A DNA stretch of 64,000 nucleotides from Eledone cirrhosa (taxonomy: Eukaryota), in contig OZ024742.1 of the NCBI GenBank assembly GCA_964016885.1, positions 177,196,001-177,260,000 on the forward strand, read 5' to 3'. Numbering within the stretch: the first letter of the stretch is position 1; each line of letters begins with the position of its first letter. The notes under the pieces were generated by a model. That model saw only the letters and a program-made list of their open reading frames with translations, was not told the origin of the DNA and ran no database searches. The position numbers and the translations under genes were made by a program. This document shows, piece by piece, positions 1-14,028 of the stretch.

Positions 1-861
1 TGTCACAAATCGAATAAAGCTCTCGAAAGTGTGGTTAAATATAACAAAACTATTCAATAGTCAATAGAATAAACCAAAAAAAATCGATAAAATTAACCGC
101 CCAATAACTGGATTCTGGAGATTAATACAAGTAAAAATTAGCGAGAATCGTATTTCAGCTCAGGAATTAACGAAACACACTTCCGAGTTGTGTGGCAAGC
201 GCTCGATAATTCATATGAATTTGAGCTACAACTTACGTTAAAGGCCAAACACACTGAGATGGTGGTTAAATTAATCATCCGCACAGCGAAAAAACGACCA
301 ATTAATTCGGGTCAAGCAGATGTAAAAATATAAAAATATATGAAAATATATATGGTTGAAAATTTACCCGGACCCCTGGAGAGATGGTAAAATCCAGTAT
401 TTGGGTTTCTGCGGCTCCATAAGTCATTTACTGTCCGCTTACATAAAGTATGTTAGGCTTCTAGTACGATGACCGAAATAGGTAGACGCGTTGTCAACGG
501 GATTCAGCTCGATAGTCTATACAAGTATGTCTGTTACTGACCCCACGTGGAGTTCAGCATGGGAGGCAACACTTATATTAGGAGAATGAATTCAGTTGTG
601 TATAATATTGCGAACATGCAAAATATCACAAATCGAATAAAGCTCTCGACGGAGTGGTTAAATATAACAAAGCTATTCAACAGTCAATAGAATAAATTAA
701 AAAAAATCGATAAAATTAACTGGCCAGTAGCTGGACTCTGGAGATTAATGCAAGTAAAAATTAGCGAGAATCGATTTTCCGCTCAGGAATTAACGAAAAG
801 CACTTCCGAGTTGTGTGGCAAGCGCTCGATAATTCATATGAATTAGAGCTACAACTTACGC
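1..861. repeat. Partial tandem duplication (~624 bp period) of a dispersed repeat
   Basis: 1-240 (tcacaaatcgaataaagctctcg...gagctacaacttacg) recurs at ~625-861. The segment 241-580 is a diverged reverse complement of ~42200-42520. Confidence 0.75.
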
Positions 862-1147
862 TATATATATATATATATATAAACGGAAAAAATGAAACGA
901 AATTTCATTTCCCACTCTTAGTACGGCTGTTACTTAAATATAAGTATGTACACGTACATACATATATGTATACAGACGTACAGTAGTATGTATATATATA
1001 TATACATACATGCACACATATATATATGTACGTAGAGATTCACCGAGCATTTATTATAATGCTCGGTGTGTTTGTAAACAAACATCCCGTATTAAGCCGT
1101 AGTTTCCCGCAACCATCGTTGCACGTTTGTTCAACACTGACAAAGGA

Positions 1148-1190
1148 ACGCTCTACTAGTTTCAAGCTCATTAGCTATCGTCAGCAACGT
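1148..1190 (-). ncRNA. Minimal type I hammerhead ribozyme (family A)
   Basis: Minus strand reads acgttg CTGACGA t-agc-taatga-gct-t GAAAC TA GTA gagcgt. Stem III is the palindrome ACTAGT; stem I has one mismatch. Confidence 0.7.
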
Positions 1191-1575
1191 ATACCTTCCT
1201 GCCAGATTGTTGAACGTATATACTTACCTGATGCCTATTAACGGCTGAGTAGCCCAATTTGCATATCGAGTGGGTTAATCGGCCGCGTGCACCGAAAATG
1301 ATAAACGGAAAAAATGAAACGAAATTTCATTTCCCACTCTAAGTACGGCTGTTACTTAAATATAAGTATGTACACGTACATACATATATGTATACAGACG
1401 TACAGTAGTATGTATATATATATATATATATACATACATGTACACATATATATATGTACGTATGGATTCACCGAACATTTATTATAATGCTCGGTGTGTT
1501 TGTAAACAAACATCCTGTATTAAGCCGTAGTGTCCAGCAACCATCGTAGCTCGTTTGTTCAACACTGACAAAGGA

Positions 1576-1618
1576 ACGCTGTACTAGTTTCAAGCTTATT
1601 AGCTATCGTCAGCAACGT
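1576..1618 (-). ncRNA. Minimal type I hammerhead ribozyme (family A)
   Basis: Minus strand reads acgttg CTGACGA t-agc-taataa-gct-t GAAAC TA GTA cagcgt. Stem I is 6 bp and the cleavage triplet is GUA. Confidence 0.8.
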
Positions 1619-1809
1619 ATACCTTATACCGTATACCAGCTTACATACTTATATTTAAGTAACAGCCGTACTAAGAGAGGCAAATGAAATGTTGTTTCAT
1701 TTTTTCCGTATATCGTTTTCGGTGCACCCGTCCGATTAACCCGCTCGATATGCAAATTGGGCTACTCATCCGTTAATATGCATACTTATATATTTATATA
1801 TATATATAT

Positions 1810-2075
1810 AAATAACAGATTACAGTTTAAGTAAAGAATCGCTGCATTCACCTTTAACGGGATCTCCTGAACCTAAAAATATTTATCTGTGAACGCAGAA
1901 GTAAATATTTCAAAAAACGTTGCAACCGAAGGAAGACAGGAAGACGATACTTTGGTTCGTAGAAACGTCATTATGTGAAGCGGTGAGAAAAATTACACGT
2001 AAAGACAAAACCACATCGAGCCCTCTTTCGATTTTCGTCTCCAAATTTATTACTATTACAATATATATATATATA
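1810..2075. mobile_element. Short non-autonomous repeat inserted in (TA)n (copies at 20378-20940, 37846-37995, 40150-40428)
   Basis: Shared ends aataacagattacagtttaag...aatcgctgc and atcgagccctct...ttattactatata occur in four places, in various fold-back arrangements. Confidence 0.7.
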
Positions 2076-2687
2076 TATATATAATAAAAAGATGTGGAGA
2101 GGATGCACATGATTTAGTATATATATGAAAACGTGGAGAAAAAGACGATTATTAGGAAGAAAAAAGTTTTTTTTTACAATTTATTTATTTCTCGCTTTTT
2201 TCTAATTAGAAAATGATTAAAACGATATATTTTACTTTGCCCCCAACCAACATCCAAACTTTAAAATTTTCACTATTTACAAATTCATAGACAACGCTAC
2301 TTTTATCCATCGTACCAATAAAGAAATGTATTCCATTAACAAATTCCAACCTCAACTTAATGCACTAAACTTCTGACTAAACCAAAACTGGAACGAAAAA
2401 TCAAACATTTACAAATACCTATGTCTCTCTAAAGAGATACCTCCCTACATCCTACTTAATTCTTTTTCTTAAATAAATTAAATATCATCCAGCATTACCT
2501 CCCCTGCATATTAACTCTCTAAAAAGGGAAATCATATCAAACCCCATCCACCATTTGCCTCCATCATGGTTCAACTAAGCACTCATGCTATATTAACACA
2601 ATTTGATCTGCTTATCTTCAAGAATAATGCCAGTAAATAGCATTATTTTTTCTTTCACTTTGACTTATTATGCTCCACATTACTCCC

Positions 2688-2834
2688 CTTTTTTTCTTTT
2701 TTCTTTTTTCTTTTTTCTTTTTTCTTTTTTCTTTTTTCTTTTTTCTTTTTTCTTTTTTCTTTTTTCTTTTTTCTTTTTTCTTTTTTCTTTTTTCTTTTTT
2801 CTTTTTTCTTTTTTCTTTTTTCTTTTTTCTTTTC
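2688..2834 (+). repeat. (TTTTTTC)n polypyrimidine microsatellite
   Basis: Directly visible; explains the FSFFFFL and KKKKEKR ORFs. Confidence 0.9.
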
Positions 2835-3136
2835 ACTTCATAAACCTTGTTTGTAAATAAGAGTATTCTTTTTGCACCATTTCTTTAACATGTCCAACAC
2901 CACCATTCTACACCAATACACATTATTATCATTTGATAATGCATAAAAATGCTGAAACCGGTAATAGACAATTATTAAATATTTAAATAAATAAATGTCA
3001 TCGTTAATTAATAAATGAATTTACGAAAAGTAAAATACTTCGTTTTAATCATTTTCTAACCCAGAAAAAAGAGAGAAAGAAATAAAAAGGGAAACAAATA
3101 TATTTTTCTTCCTAATAACCGTGTTTTTCTCCCTGT

Positions 3137-3176
<40 letters not shown>

Positions 3177-4054
3177 GTGGGTATGTGTATGTATGTGTGT
3201 ATATATATATATGTCTGTATGTATGTGTTGATATGTGTTTGTATATAATATATATGGACTGTAGATATATTTACATATAGGGAAGTGAATATGTGAGCTA
3301 CCATGCCCCTCCCCATACTTCCTCTCCCAAACCAATATCAACAACACATCTTTGACAAATGTTCCCAAACTATCCTTTATTTCTCTTTTTCCTGTCATCC
3401 CATTCTTATCAAAATACATATATCTTACACCTCATTAAAAACCAGAAAAGCACTTAAATTCATCTTTGATATAGACATTTGTAGAAGATATTCTTTATGG
3501 ATTTGGAAGAGTTGATTCAGCTATGCCATTACATACTCATTAAAGGTCAGCTAATGAAATAAAACCAGCAGTAGAGTATGTTTACAGGCACCTTCTTAAA
3601 CACACTTATCTTACAACCACACCATTTTCTGAGTGTATATATGTTTGTGCATATGTGTGTGTACGTGTGTGTGGGTGTATGTGTGTGTGCTATAATTCCT
3701 CTGGACCTTCATTATCATCAACACTCATTAACACCACACTCCGCACCCCAGACACATCCATATCTCACTTATATATAGTCACAAATTTCAACACAACCTG
3801 ATCTCAGTTTGACAATTGCCACAATTTGACAGACGAATGCGAGAAAGTTCTCCAACCCAATTAACCAGGAATCTCTAAAATTCTTCCCACCGAAGTTAAC
3901 AAAGAACTTACTGGATCTAACAACTCATAATATTATAATATTATAAAATTAAATAAAAATTGTTTAACACTACAAGTGAAGTCATTGTTTTCCTTTTTTT
4001 GAATATACCTAACTGTACCAAGGATCTCACACATTTTCCAATATATATATATAT

Positions 4055-4125
<71 letters not shown>

Positions 4126-4654
4126 GTGTATGTGTGTGTGTATGTGTGTATGCGTGTATGTGTGTGAGTAGGTGTGTGTGTGCTTATGTATGTGTGTGTG
4201 TCTGAGTACGTGTGTGTGCGCCCATACGTGTTTACGTGCGTGTACATATATCTTTATATATTCCATGTTCGAAACTAAGTTGTCTTTTTTTAAATATATC
4301 CCACACTTTTTAAAATATATGAAAAAGAAGTTGTAAATGAAATTGAAATTTTGAAGGTTTATTTTCAAAAACCTATTACCGGTTTCACAAGTTTCATGAT
4401 TATTAAAAGTTAAGAAAGATATATGGTTATTCCGACTAGTAAGTAGAAGATGAGCGTTAGAAGTCGGCATATCCACACATTTCTTCACCTCTCTTAACAT
4501 TTGAAAATTATGAACCTTGAGAAACGTTTAATGGTATAAGTTATATGAATAAACTTCCCTAAAGAATCCAATTGTATTTACACATTCTCTTCACCCCCAT
4601 ATATATATATATATGACATTCCCAAAAGTAGAAACAATTATTCAATATAGAAAA

Positions 4655-4834
4655 AGGTCGTGCATTGGCAGTATCGGTAGAGGGTCGGACGCTATGCTTT
4701 CCAGCATAGTTACGTCCCTTTACGGTCTGAGTTCAAATCTCGTCGACGTTAACTTTGCCTTTCATCCTTACGGGGTCGATAAAATAAAGTAATACACTGG
4801 GATAATTGCTGGCCTTGTGACAAAAGTAGAAACA
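4655..4834 (+). mobile_element. tRNA-derived SINE
   Basis: A-box-like tggcagtatcgg, B-box-like gagttcaaatc, central gcctttcatccttacggggtcgataaaataaagt. Flanked by a near-duplicated attatt(c/t)aatatagaaa. Confidence 0.85.
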
Positions 4835-5648
4835 ATTATTTAATATAGAAATGGCTTCTAAATATATAGAACTGTTTCATTCGTATGAAATCATCAGGAA
4901 TACCAAGTGACATAGAAAGCTATTGATACTTATGTTTCCTAAGGGTTGTGGAGGGCCTATGTTAAGAAGTAAATATATAGTAGTGGATTAGAGAGGGGTG
5001 GGAGAAGATGGAAGGGGTAAAGTAGGAGGAGGTCTAGAAAGAATGGGAAGAAAGCAAGAAAGTTCTTTGAGTAGGTGGAAAAGAATTTCAAAACATAGGA
5101 TTCTTCCATGTCGCTAGAGTTTATCCCGAACTAGCAAAGTTCCCCTCTACAATGTCCATGGTAATTATCCATGGCCTCTGGGCTGAAATTCCTCTGGAAT
5201 AGATTGGCTAGTTGATTTTAATCGACATCTAGTGTCTTCCCAAGTAAATCGTCGTTTTTATCCGCAATTAAACCTTTATAGAAAACTAAGGTTGATTTTC
5301 ACCGATCGCACTGACTGATTGGCTAAGAACTTTGAGTGCTTTGGACGGCTTCCAGTGTCTCTGTGCTTCTTCACAGTATGCGCGTGACCCAGGACGGCAG
5401 CTTTGTCAAGAAAACTAAGTCTAGCAAACGGTGACCAAATTATATATCTTTTGTCGCATCATCAGTGTGAAGAGCAGATCGACACTGGAGTCGGGTCCAA
5501 ACCCTCTGTGAAACGCACGTAACATCTCGAAATTAATATTTTTCATATGTAATCGAAATTTCCTCGTTTTGTTTTCTATTATATACACTCTTCCTGTGAA
5601 TAGAATGCTTGATTTGGTACCAACACCAGTATTTCATCGTACTACGTA

Positions 5649-5707
<59 letters not shown>

Positions 5708-5712
5708 TGTAT

Positions 5713-6055
5713 GTGAAGCTTTTATAGTGAGCAAAGGCACTGCACAAAGCCAGTCCCACTCTCTTAACCAAGATGATATTTACCAAAAAGAAGAATAAGT
5801 CAACATCATTGGATACCATCAAGGTTGCAGGTGTTATATCAGAGTTTTCCTTCTCCTAGAATTCTGCCTTGACAAAGGCTAAGGGGTCATCTCTCCCGGT
5901 GATTTTGGATGGCCATTGACTCTTAAGAGCTCCTTTAAAAGCTTCACGGCACAGGCATTGCTTTATATCTGGAGATCTCTCTGCACTTGTCCTCACATGG
6001 TACCATGGGCCCAGCACTATGTGTCAATAATTGTCACAAGTGTAGTGTTTGTACT
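5713..6055. mobile_element. Rearranged copy of the repeat at 53065-53552 (probably RTE-LINE derived)
   Basis: 5715-5935 matches 53170-53390. 5940-6055 is the reverse complement of 53065-53175. Confidence 0.7.
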
Positions 6056-6605
6056 AGAGTTTTCAAGTCGCTGGCTGGACTAAAAAGTCACACTCATGCA
6101 GCGCTTCGGTAGGGGTTCTCCTACATGGATATAAAGTAGTGGCCGTACTCGAAAACGAGTTGGCAGCCACCATGTATGTATGTATGTATGTATGTATGTA
6201 TGTATGTATGTATGTATGTATTCTATATATATATATATATACATATATGGCTAAAATATATATTATGTAACGTGGAGGAAGACGTGTAGTGTATCGATTC
6301 TAGCCTTTGAAACCCATACGCTTTGCTGAAGCCGTGGGCATTCAGGAAGTTAAGTACTTTCATAAAGGTCGCAGCATCACAACGTGTTATATGCCTTTTA
6401 TTTAAAGACTATTTAAAGGCAGCGTATAAAAGTATCAACAACAATATAAGAAGAAAATATCGACATATATGGCGAAGATTTGATTATAAACCTATTTGAG
6501 GAAGATGGATATTTTGTATATACGAATACTATTTGTATTTGTGTAATATTTCATATTTAATATTTATTACATACGTTTTACTTGAAGAAACATGTTATTT
6601 ATATA

Positions 6606-6687
<82 letters not shown>

Positions 6688-6740
6688 GTATATGTGCACA
6701 CACACACATATATATATATATGTATATGTGTGTGTGTATA

Positions 6741-6832
<92 letters not shown>

Positions 6833-7970
6833 GAAAGAGAGAGAAAGAGAGAGAGAGATACAAATATATCTATATAAATATATATATATATATACGAATA
6901 CATATACATAGGCACACGTACACAACACATATATCTTTGAATGCTTGTGTCTTATGTTTCATGCTATCCCTCACGATGATTCAATATTCTCCTATTACTA
7001 TGTATGTATGTATGTATGTGTGTATGTATGTATGTATGTGTGTATGTATGTATGTGTGTATGTATGTGTGTGAGTATGCATGTTTATATAGATATGTATA
7101 CATATTTTTATATAAATCTCTCTCTCTATAAATAAGTATATGTATATTATATTTGTGCAAGTGTGTGTATGTGTGTGCACGTGTATGTTCTCTCAAAGAA
7201 GTACTTTTAATGTATTTTCCATTAAATCTCTGCTGTACCTCATCTCTACGAAACTTTTTACCGTAACTAATTCTGTTATAATGATTACAAATTGCTAGAC
7301 CTTCAGCTATTTCTATGGCAAAATAATTTTGTTGCATTAACATCAATTCTTCTCTTTGCTGCAGCACTAACTTAAAATCATACTTAATTCTCCTTGTAGT
7401 AATAGACTTTTCCTTGTCAAGACATACCTTCATTGAAATAATCGTTTTACTAAAGATATTACTTATGTCTAGAATTTAGTAATAGTTTTTCCTGAGATTA
7501 CTATTTTTTTCTTAGTTTTGTGTTAGCAATTAGAGTTCTTTTTAATAGTCTTTGATTTGGTAAGCTACTTAGTGCACTTTTTCACTCTAATAGTATTAGA
7601 AAGAAAGTTGAGTCGGACAAAGCTGGAATCGAACCTAGTGGGTTAGTTAGAGGAAGCAAAATGTAATAGAAATGTAATCAAAGCTATAATATCATTCAAG
7701 ACTGATTTCAGATGTATTTATTGAGAGTTCCGTACTTACAGTTTAACAGCGATTCCAATTGTCAGCACTCGCATATACAGATAGCTTTATCATTTACTTT
7801 GTAATTCTATCTTACATCGTCTACTACTTAAGTTGGACGCATGTTAAGCAACGTCTTTCTCACCCTTTCCATCTCTCTATCAAGATATGTATAAACTATC
7901 TATGTATTTTTCCATCTAACAATTTTCTACACTTTACACAATGCTTCAATCAAATTACAACAACCTCTTA

Positions 7971-8019
<49 letters not shown>

Positions 8020-8158
8020 CACATGCAATTCACACACACAGAAACACACTGACACACACACACACACACTTATATATATATAAAAGGATGTAATGTGTAC
8101 TTATCCTAAAACTGTATACCCGTTATATTAGTTGTATATCTATCTATCTATAAATACA

Positions 8159-8189
<31 letters not shown>

Positions 8190-8708
8190 CGATTGACATA
8201 TATATATATAAAATAAACATATAAATTAATTTTTGATATATATACGGCCTCTTAATTGTAGAGCTAACTCAGTTGAATGGACTCGGCTGCTATTTCTAGC
8301 TGTCGATAATCCTATTCACGCCACTGGGATGACGCTGTGCGATGTGTATTTTTTAAAAATGCAACACGTGGTTCGAGGCATTCACAGATTTGCATTTGCT
8401 TTGTAAACGCAGATAGTTATTTTCTTCTCCTTTGGTGACCATCCAGGTTTTGACTACTGTGATTTACTGATTAATTGGTGAAATATATTTTTTACTTAAA
8501 GAAATATATACAAAGGAGATTAATCATTTTAAAAGTATCTATATTTGAAGTTCTAGTTAAACTTTAATTGGTTACCTATCTAGCTATGTGTGCTTACATT
8601 ATTTACAAATTATTCCCTGTGATTGTTCCATATGAATATTTTATATATATATATAATGCCCCAGCATGGCTTCAGCCGGATGGCTGAAACAGGTAAAAGA
8701 GTAAAAGA

Positions 8709-8749
<41 letters not shown>

Positions 8750-9026
8750 TATATATCATAAAACATGTCTATAGAATCACAAGATAAAATATATACTATT
8801 TCCTCTCCCAATTAGCATAATTAACTATATAAAAAAATCGAATAGACCAGGCTATAAGAATGAGGCTTCTACGAAGAAATCTCCGACAAAAAACCGAAAC
8901 TAGCGCTTCCCGTCGGCCGTAGCGGAATATTTATCGAATATTTCGACAGCGTAATCGCCCAGATATAGTCAACTAAACAGAATTAGGTGTAAAATAAACT
9001 AGGAGAAAATAGAATACATTTAAATA

Positions 9027-9113
9027 CCTCTCCCATGGTTTCGTCCGTATTTTGAGTTTTCCAATAATTATGTAATAATTATATAAACTCGAGCGCCGGA
9101 TTCATCAGGAAGC
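9027..9113 (-). ncRNA. Degenerate hammerhead with extended (~60 nt) stem II
   Basis: Minus strand reads CTGATGA a-tccg...gagttt...aaactc...cgga-c GAAAC CATG G. The NUH triplet appears mutated. Confidence 0.45.
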
Positions 9114-9570
9114 TCGCTCTTAGCTAGACACTAAATTTTCCAAAGTAATCGCGCCAAGAATTCATTTCAAAATGGCTAAAAATCGTGACGTAGTCGCGGT
9201 CAGGTTGGAAGGGGTGTGGTAGTTGCTTACGACTGGTGGCATTTTTGCTAGAAAGCACTGCACAATACAGCCAAATGTGTACCTCAACCTAATGGGAGAT
9301 TATTACATATAAAAGTTTACATATATATATACATACATATACATATACGTGTTTTGCAACTGGTCACTTTGTGGCTCAATGAAAAATTAATAAATTAAAC
9401 AATCAGAGCTATATATCATAAAACATGTCTATGATTGTTTAATTTATTAATTTTTCATTGAGCCACAAAGTGACCAGTGACCAATCATTGGAATCTTTGA
9501 GCTTATTCTACAGTGAATATGGCGCATGTCTCTCAGACATGGCAACCCTTAATTTAATTTAATTTCATTT

Positions 9571-9623
<53 letters not shown>

Positions 9624-10448
9624 TGTTCCGCCACTATATATATACACATATAGGTGTGTGTAAAGTGTTCTTGATTTAAAACTGTGTATCCATTATACAT
9701 TTCGGAATGTGACATTAATTATAACTACCATCAAGATAGAAGCCATGTATTACTGAAGACGGAATACAATTCGTGAATACAACTTTTTTTAACCGGTCTT
9801 CAATTAAGGACACCAAATGTATGAATCTAAATCATATTTATTATCATTAAGTTAAGGATTTATAATTATCTTGTATATCCTTTGAATTCTGGGCACATAT
9901 GATGATTATTTCGAAAAGAGTTAGCAATGAATCGATTATATTCTTACTCGATATCTATTAAATACACTGATTATGTTTTCCAGTGTGGAGTTTACTTTGT
10001 TTTGAATCAAAGCAAAGATTCACTGGATGGAATTGTAATTAATTACATTGATGTTTATATATCCTGTTTGAAGATGTTAATTAACGGCTTCTTTCTTCTG
10101 GTTAATTGCTAGGTACCGGATATCAACTTTGCTTGGTGACTACGGTACACAACGAAAACCTGAAGGTGTAAGAATTTGTTTCAGCCTATGTATTCTTCAA
10201 TTTAAATCTTTTATTACCCTATATCTAAACAAATACATAAATTCTTATTTTCAAATAGATTTTAAATTATTGATATATATAAGGATATATAAGGGTGTTG
10301 TGGAAGATTGCATATCAAAGAAGTTCTCGATACAAGGGAAGATGCAGAGTGGATATATTATGAAAGTAGAGAATCTACAACGAGCTCGGCGGTTTGGGGC
10401 AGTTACTACCTCTTCAGCAAAAGATTCCCTAATTAACTAACATATACG

Positions 10449-10544
<96 letters not shown>

Positions 10545-10598
10545 AGCGTGAGTATGTATGTGTAAGCGTGTATGTGTATATACATCTATATATACAGA

Positions 10599-10700
<102 letters not shown>

Positions 10701-10728
10701 TAAATATATATATATATATATTCTTATG

Positions 10729-10767
<39 letters not shown>

Positions 10768-10869
10768 TTATGTATATGTATATATATATATATATATATA
10801 TTTACATACATATGTATATACATACAGGAAGATAGATAGAGACACACGCACTCAAACACACACACATAC

Positions 10870-10913
<44 letters not shown>

Positions 10914-11091
10914 TTATATATATATATATATATATATAAATATATATACATATATATATAAATATATATATATATACATGTGTATATGTGTGTGTTTGAG
11001 TGCGTGTGTCTCTATCTATCTTCCTGTATGTATATACATATGTATGTAAATATATATATATATACATATACATAAGAATATATATACATAA

Positions 11092-11132
<41 letters not shown>

Positions 11133-11149
11133 AGAATATATATACATAA

Positions 11150-11196
<47 letters not shown>

Positions 11197-11739
11197 TAGT
11201 GTATTATTGGAATTCGCTGCAGGTGGGAAAGAAACGAAAAAGTATAGTATAGTATAATACTATAAGGGGTTAAATAAGTCTAACACTAGAGACTGTAAAA
11301 GTGCTTACTGGCAATTAAAATAAGTTTTACAGGAAACTGAGCTATGCTGCTCACAGCCAAAACAAAGACGGTCTCAAACGTCAAGTAAAGAACCATTAAC
11401 CCGTTCTGCCTTCGGTTATTTTTCTACACTTAAGAGAACAATGAAATAAACAATATCACCACTGTCAACAACAACATCACCATTGGCAGCACTTTCCTAA
11501 TTACCGACATCACTAGAATGAATGTAATGGACTTTCGTCTGTTTCAACGACGAGTATTCTATTTGTTTGATCATTGAAACAATCGACTCATCAATAAATT
11601 TGTCCAGCTTTGACTGCACATCTAGACATATGTATCCTTAAACTCAGATTTAGGGATATTGACAAATCTGGGCCTATAAATTACGAATACTCTGCACGTA
11701 TATTCGAAAATTTGCAACAGTCATTCAGTTACTCACAAG

Positions 11740-11801
<62 letters not shown>

Positions 11802-11867
11802 CTAACAAACAAGGTGGACCATAACGCACAAGGGTACTCGATACTTAGGGAAGTAGAGTGTGTAATA

Positions 11868-11982
11868 GTAAAAGAGTCAGGAAACCGACGGCTGAGCTCC
11901 GGCCGTTTAGACAGCTAGATCCGGTGTTCAGATCTAGTTGTCGAAACGGCCGGAGCTCAGCCGTCGAGGTCCTGACTCTTTT

Positions 11983-11986
<4 letters not shown>
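11868..11986. repeat. GC-rich near-perfect hairpin (~55 bp arms)
   Basis: aaagagtcagga..cgacggctgagctccggccgttt.gacagctagatc pairs with gatctagttgtc.aaacggccggagctcagccgtcg..cctgactcttt. Confidence 0.85.
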
Positions 11987-12019
<33 letters not shown>

Positions 12020-12101
12020 GTTATTCCGGGTTGAATCGGAAGTAACCACAGTAAGTAAGGTAATCAATACATTGCAGAATATAAAAGTTTTAATATAGAT
12101 A

Positions 12102-12152
12102 AGATTCTACAGGACTAGAACTGTTTCATTCTTTAGAAATCATCAGGAATCT
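12102..12152 (-). ncRNA. Type I hammerhead ribozyme (family B)
   Basis: agattc CTGATGA t-ttc-taaa-gaa-t GAAACAG ttctagtc CTGTA gaatct: 6 bp stem I, 4 bp stem III, GUA triplet. Confidence 0.85.
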
Positions 12153-12403
12153 GGGTATCAAAAAATAAATATGGTATTTATAGGTGGTAGGAGAGGGTAG
12201 GGAGTGGCATGGGTGTAGGTCATTGGTTGATAGAAAAGGGAATTCATTAAAAGCTAATTCTTCAAAGCTATAGTTTATATTTAGAGTAACAAAGGCAGAA
12301 AGAATGATATAAACAAGTTACAATGACCTACACCCATCCCACGCCCTACCCTCTCCTACCACCTGAAGAAACCTATAAATACCATATTTATGTTTTGATA
12401 CCC

Positions 12404-12454
12404 AGATTCCTGATGATTTCTAAAGAATGAAACAGTTCTAGTCGTGTAGAATCT
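12404..12454 (+). ncRNA. Type I hammerhead ribozyme (family B)
   Basis: Same motif on the plus strand, with one substitution in stem III. Confidence 0.75.
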
Positions 12455-12472
12455 CATCTCGTTCTCTCTATA

Positions 12473-12571
<99 letters not shown>

Positions 12572-12882
12572 TCAATAAAAGAAAGATGGTTACATATAAT
12601 AATATAGAGATGAATATCAAGATATGTAGACAAAGAAATCAACACAAACATCTTTGTAGATTGTAGAAATGAAGCCATTTTGAAGATATATCAAAAGACA
12701 AAGACTGCCTTAGTATTGAAGTATAATACACACACACACACACAAACACACACACATACACAAACACACACACATACACAAACACACACTCACACACATA
12801 TATATATACATGTATACATAAGTATATATATATATATATATATATATCTATATATATATATATGCGTGTGTGTGTGTGTATG

Positions 12883-12991
<109 letters not shown>

Positions 12992-13547
12992 CTACTTAAA
13001 GGGAGTTGCGACATAAACTACCCCTCTATCACCATTGTTTCAACTAATTTTTTGTTGTCGTTTTGATGTTGTTGTTTCCTCTTATATAAATGTTTTTATT
13101 GTCTAGCAGATTGCCGTGTTGTTGTTGTTGTAGTTATTGTTAAATGTATTTATGTAAGTATATATGTGATGTTGTATGTAAGCTGTTTATTTCTAATATT
13201 TTTGCTACAAGTTATGTTTGCTGTTATACTTTTTATTTCTTTGAGTTTTTTTTTATTTCTAAACGATTATAATCGCTCTAGTTATTGGAAAAATTCCGTC
13301 TTAGATCCTGTTAATAGTATAGTGCTTAATGGCGTCTTAATTCATACATGACGATATATAGAATACTATATAAATACCGACATATATACAAATAGATACG
13401 CAATAAGATTTACAAAAATTTATATAATGATGTAAACGAAATTGCATATATAATGATACACACACGCATATGCGCATGCACACACAAACACACACACACA
13501 CGCATACACACACACACGCATACACATACACACACATACACACACAC

Positions 13548-13580
<33 letters not shown>

Positions 13581-13778
13581 CATATACATAATATTATACA
13601 GAAAAATACTTATATATATTTATATATATAACGATATATACTGAGATTATAAAAGATGCAATTCAACCCCGGAAAAGCTTTGATGTTTTTAACATCTTAT
13701 TGCCTAAATCCTATGTATATGTACGCACGGATACATACATACAAGCATACCTATATATGTACTCATACACACGAATAT

Positions 13779-13855
<77 letters not shown>

Positions 13856-13945
13856 CATACTTATATATAAATGTGTGTGCGCGTGTGTGTAATTGTATCA
13901 ATGGTTATGTGTGGGTGGGAAAATATGTAAATATATGTGTGCATA

Positions 13946-14028
<83 letters not shown>

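Larger units (their letters stand above)
881..1776 (-). mobile_element. Non-coding HHR-bearing repeat (family A): tandem dimer (~422-428 bp unit) plus inverted arm
   Basis: 881-1236 and 1303-1630 are direct copies. 1643-1776 is the reverse complement of 1237-1371. The element starts at a (TA)n tract, and each direct copy contains an HHR. Confidence 0.75.
12018..12460. mobile_element. Fold-back mini-element derived from a PLE pseudo-LTR (family B), two divergently oriented HHRs
   Basis: Tail 12018-12095; arms 12097-12225 and 12321-12459 are inverted. Same sequence as the ends of the 22290-31060 PLE. Confidence 0.8.

Noticed and set aside
1237-1776. piggyBac/Tc1-type MITE (TTAA or TA flanks, ~135 bp TIRs)
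   Set aside because: Other copies have different inversion points and ends, and the unit contains an HHR, which favours a PLE-type fold-back. A DNA transposon origin is not fully excluded.
6981-7433. 150 aa minus-strand ORF as a host exon
   Set aside because: Half is microsatellite and the rest has no recognisable motif or supported splice structure.
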